A stretch of DNA of 63,913 nucleotides, the filler included, from Octopus bimaculoides (Eukaryota): assembly GCF_001194135.2 (NCBI RefSeq). It is 5 parts of 5 records of this genome, joined end to end, with 100 filler letters (N's around TTAATTAATTAA, not from the genome) between each part and the next. Parts side by side here need not be neighbours in the genome. Positions count along the whole stretch, not along the records: positions 46,122 to 62,120 come from NC_068996.1; positions 62,221 to 63,913 come from NW_026403511.1; 3 more parts are not named here. One strand, written 5' to 3'. Positions 61,251 to 63,913 of the stretch are shown in pieces; the stretch's first letter is position 1, and each line of letters opens with the position of its first letter. Under the pieces are notes generated by a model. That model saw nothing but the letters and a program-made list of their open reading frames with translations, did no database searches and was not told the origin of the DNA. The position numbers and the translations under genes are program-made.

Positions 61251-62534
61251 CTTACCATCTTAGTGAGAGGAATTTAATGTAGTCCAGGCTTCTCCTGCAC
61301 ATAAGGAGAAAAAAACAAAACCCAGCTGGTCTTGATTCTTTGCTCTGATCAACCAAACCTATCAATGATCAAGTCTGTGGTTAAAATCATCAACAGTAAT
61401 TAATGTCAAACATGTTAACCCAATCCATTTCCATTTCCATTTTCTTTCTTTCTCCCTCTCTTTTATCTCCTCTCTTCATTCTCTTCCTAGTCTGCCCTGA
61501 ACTTCCCTGTCGTGTCATCCAACAAAGGACTATGTCCCAAACAGCATACTTTTACTTTGTACTGTTTTTTCCCCTTGAATGTTGATGTAATAATAGTTAC
61601 TGCGAACAGCCCTTGGACTTTTGTAGATTTGTTTTTTTATTTGGATTTGGTGTATGTATGTGAGGAAGAGAGAAAGATTTAATAGGTACAAGATTTAATT
61701 GTGAGTGACTATAAACTCATTCTATCTGACCATGAAACTTATAAAGCGTGTCATGTATCATCCTGCAATCGGACTTTGAGCCTGAACGACTGCAGGATGG
61801 TAATGCCATGCTGTACAAGCACATCCAATTACTGTATTATCCAAGCATAAAACTTAGTTCTTAATATTTAAACCCTGTGTTTATTAAATGATACATTTTG
61901 GAGGTTGGATTTTTAGAAATATTTTTTTACTGTATCAATAACAAAACTGCATACATACATAAATACAATATAAACATGCATACAGTACACACAATGTATA
62001 TATACTCATTCATACATACTCGTTCATTCACACATATTCACTTATTCATACACTCATTCATTCATTCATACATACTCGTTCATTCATTCATTCATACATA
62101 CTTGTTCATTCATTCATACANNNNNNNNNNNNNNNNNNNNNNNNNNNNNNNNNNNNNNNNNNNNTTAATTAATTAANNNNNNNNNNNNNNNNNNNNNNNN
62201 NNNNNNNNNNNNNNNNNNNNAAAATTTTGTTGTTAAAATTTATGTGCAATAAACTGGTTTATGCAAAATATTAAAACATTTTTCATCAGTTCCTTATAAT
62301 ATCTTATTATAAACAGGAGAGAAAGGGAGAAACGCTGGGAAAGGAGAATCTACTCCAGCACATCCCTGGTACTGTATTTATCGAACACAAGAGAACAAAA
62401 GACTAAGCTGACCTCGGCGGGATTTGAACACAAACGCAGACCTCCGAAACAAATTAACTCCAAGTATCCTATTGAACCCTCTAGCTATTCAGTCAGCTTG
62501 GCGACTGACGTACTTGTTTAGGTCTAATTTTCTG

Positions 62535-62720
62535 TTACATGTTTCAGTCATTTTGATTGTGGCCATGCTGGAGCACCGCGTTGTTTAACCGAAGGAATCA
62601 ACCCCTAGAATTATCCTTTGTAAGCCCGGTACTTATTCTATCGGTCTTTTCTTTGCCAAAATGCTAAGTTATGGAGGACGTAAACACACCAACATCGGTT
62701 GTCAAGCGATGGTGGGCGGG
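62535..62720 (-). mobile_element. SINE family A tail half
   Basis: gtttcagtcattttgattgtggccatgctggagcaccgc...ttgtcaagcgatgg. Confidence 0.8.
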
Positions 62721-63179
62721 GAGAACTTAGGCTTGTGGGTATTAGTTGTTGGGGACAAAAATAATACTGGGAAGGCTTGCAACACAGTTCTCATGGATTA
62801 GGGTAAATTTGGAGATAAACAGCAACACCAGAACAACAACACCAGAACAGCAGCAGCAGCAGCAGCAGTAGCAGCAGCAGTAGCAGCGGCTGTGACAAAA
62901 AAGCGAATATGAAATAACACAAATAAATAAATAGTTAAATAAGTAAATGAAATTAAAAGAAAACACGTGTTGTTATGTAAATCGTGAAAATTGAATCAAC
63001 GAAAAATGTTCCGGAAGTCGCCATTATTCGGTTGTCAGGCAAACATAGGTCTGTCGACCAAAATTACAACAAGGCTGAATATTAATATGTCCTCATTGAT
63101 TGAATTAATTAATTATTTTGTAGCGTGGATTGTTAAGTAATTAATTGAACATGCAACGGGAAAAATGGAAGGAAAAAAA

Positions 63180-63878
63180 AGATGCATACACATACACACA
63201 TAGATATATACATACATGTATATATTGATAAATATGTATGCACACACACTTACACACACAAACGCAAACACGTACTGATAACTATACACATATTTAATTG
63301 CATACATACATAAAACTATAAATGTATACTAATAGCCATCCACCCAGCCATACATCCGTTTTACATACAAACATACATGCATGCATATACATATATGAAT
63401 ACATACACATATATTAATTCGAACATACATGCATACACACATACATACATACATAGAAACACACATACATACACACATACACATATGCATAAATAGAAAC
63501 ATACGTACATACATACACACATACATACATACATACATTCATACAGGCACACATGCATACATACATACATGCATACATAAATACAAAAACACGTACATAC
63601 ACACATACACACATACATACATACACAAATACATACATACATACATACACACACACGTACATATATACATACACACATAGACATATACATAGATACACAC
63701 ATGTATACTCACATACACACATACACACATACATACACACATGCACAAAAACATAGACACATACATGCTTACATACACACATTCATACATATATACATAC
63801 ATACATACATACATGCACACGTATATAACCACATCCACACACACATACACACATACTCACTCGCACACACGCACACAT

Positions 63879-63913
<35 letters not shown>
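63180..63913. repeat. Degenerate (CATA)n/(CA)n tract
   Basis: Read directly; similar tracts at 8270-8640 and 38815-39060. Confidence 0.95.

Overview
Repeat-saturated, gapped eukaryotic draft sequence. The microsatellite load ((AT)n, (AGAT)n, (CATA)n, (ATT)n) and the SINE repertoire point to a cephalopod, probably Octopus (inference). Four identical 100-bp cassettes (44 N + TTAATTAATTAA + 44 N) cut the window into pieces of about 16 kb that look like artificially joined scaffolds, so adjacency across them should not be trusted. I found no intact host protein-coding gene; nearly all ORF-track entries are N-runs, microsatellites or repeat fragments. Supported content: several tRNA-derived SINE families (working labels A, B, C, a V-SINE-like family) and a GAT-tailed retroposon D; decayed LINE pieces (RTE, CR1-like, R4/Dong-like, Penelope-like); at least five mariner remnants, one nearly full length with a D34D motif; hAT, piggyBac-like, Tc1/mariner and Helitron miniatures; and two tRNA pseudogenes (Ser-UGA, Ile-AAU). 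The most unusual structures are a family of TTAGGG-containing foldback elements with variable-length TSDs, hammerhead-ribozyme folds (one enclosed in an inverted repeat), several long palindromes, a templated insertion inside a hAT MITE, modular SINE chimeras, and a 54-bp degenerate array that conserves only two short motifs.
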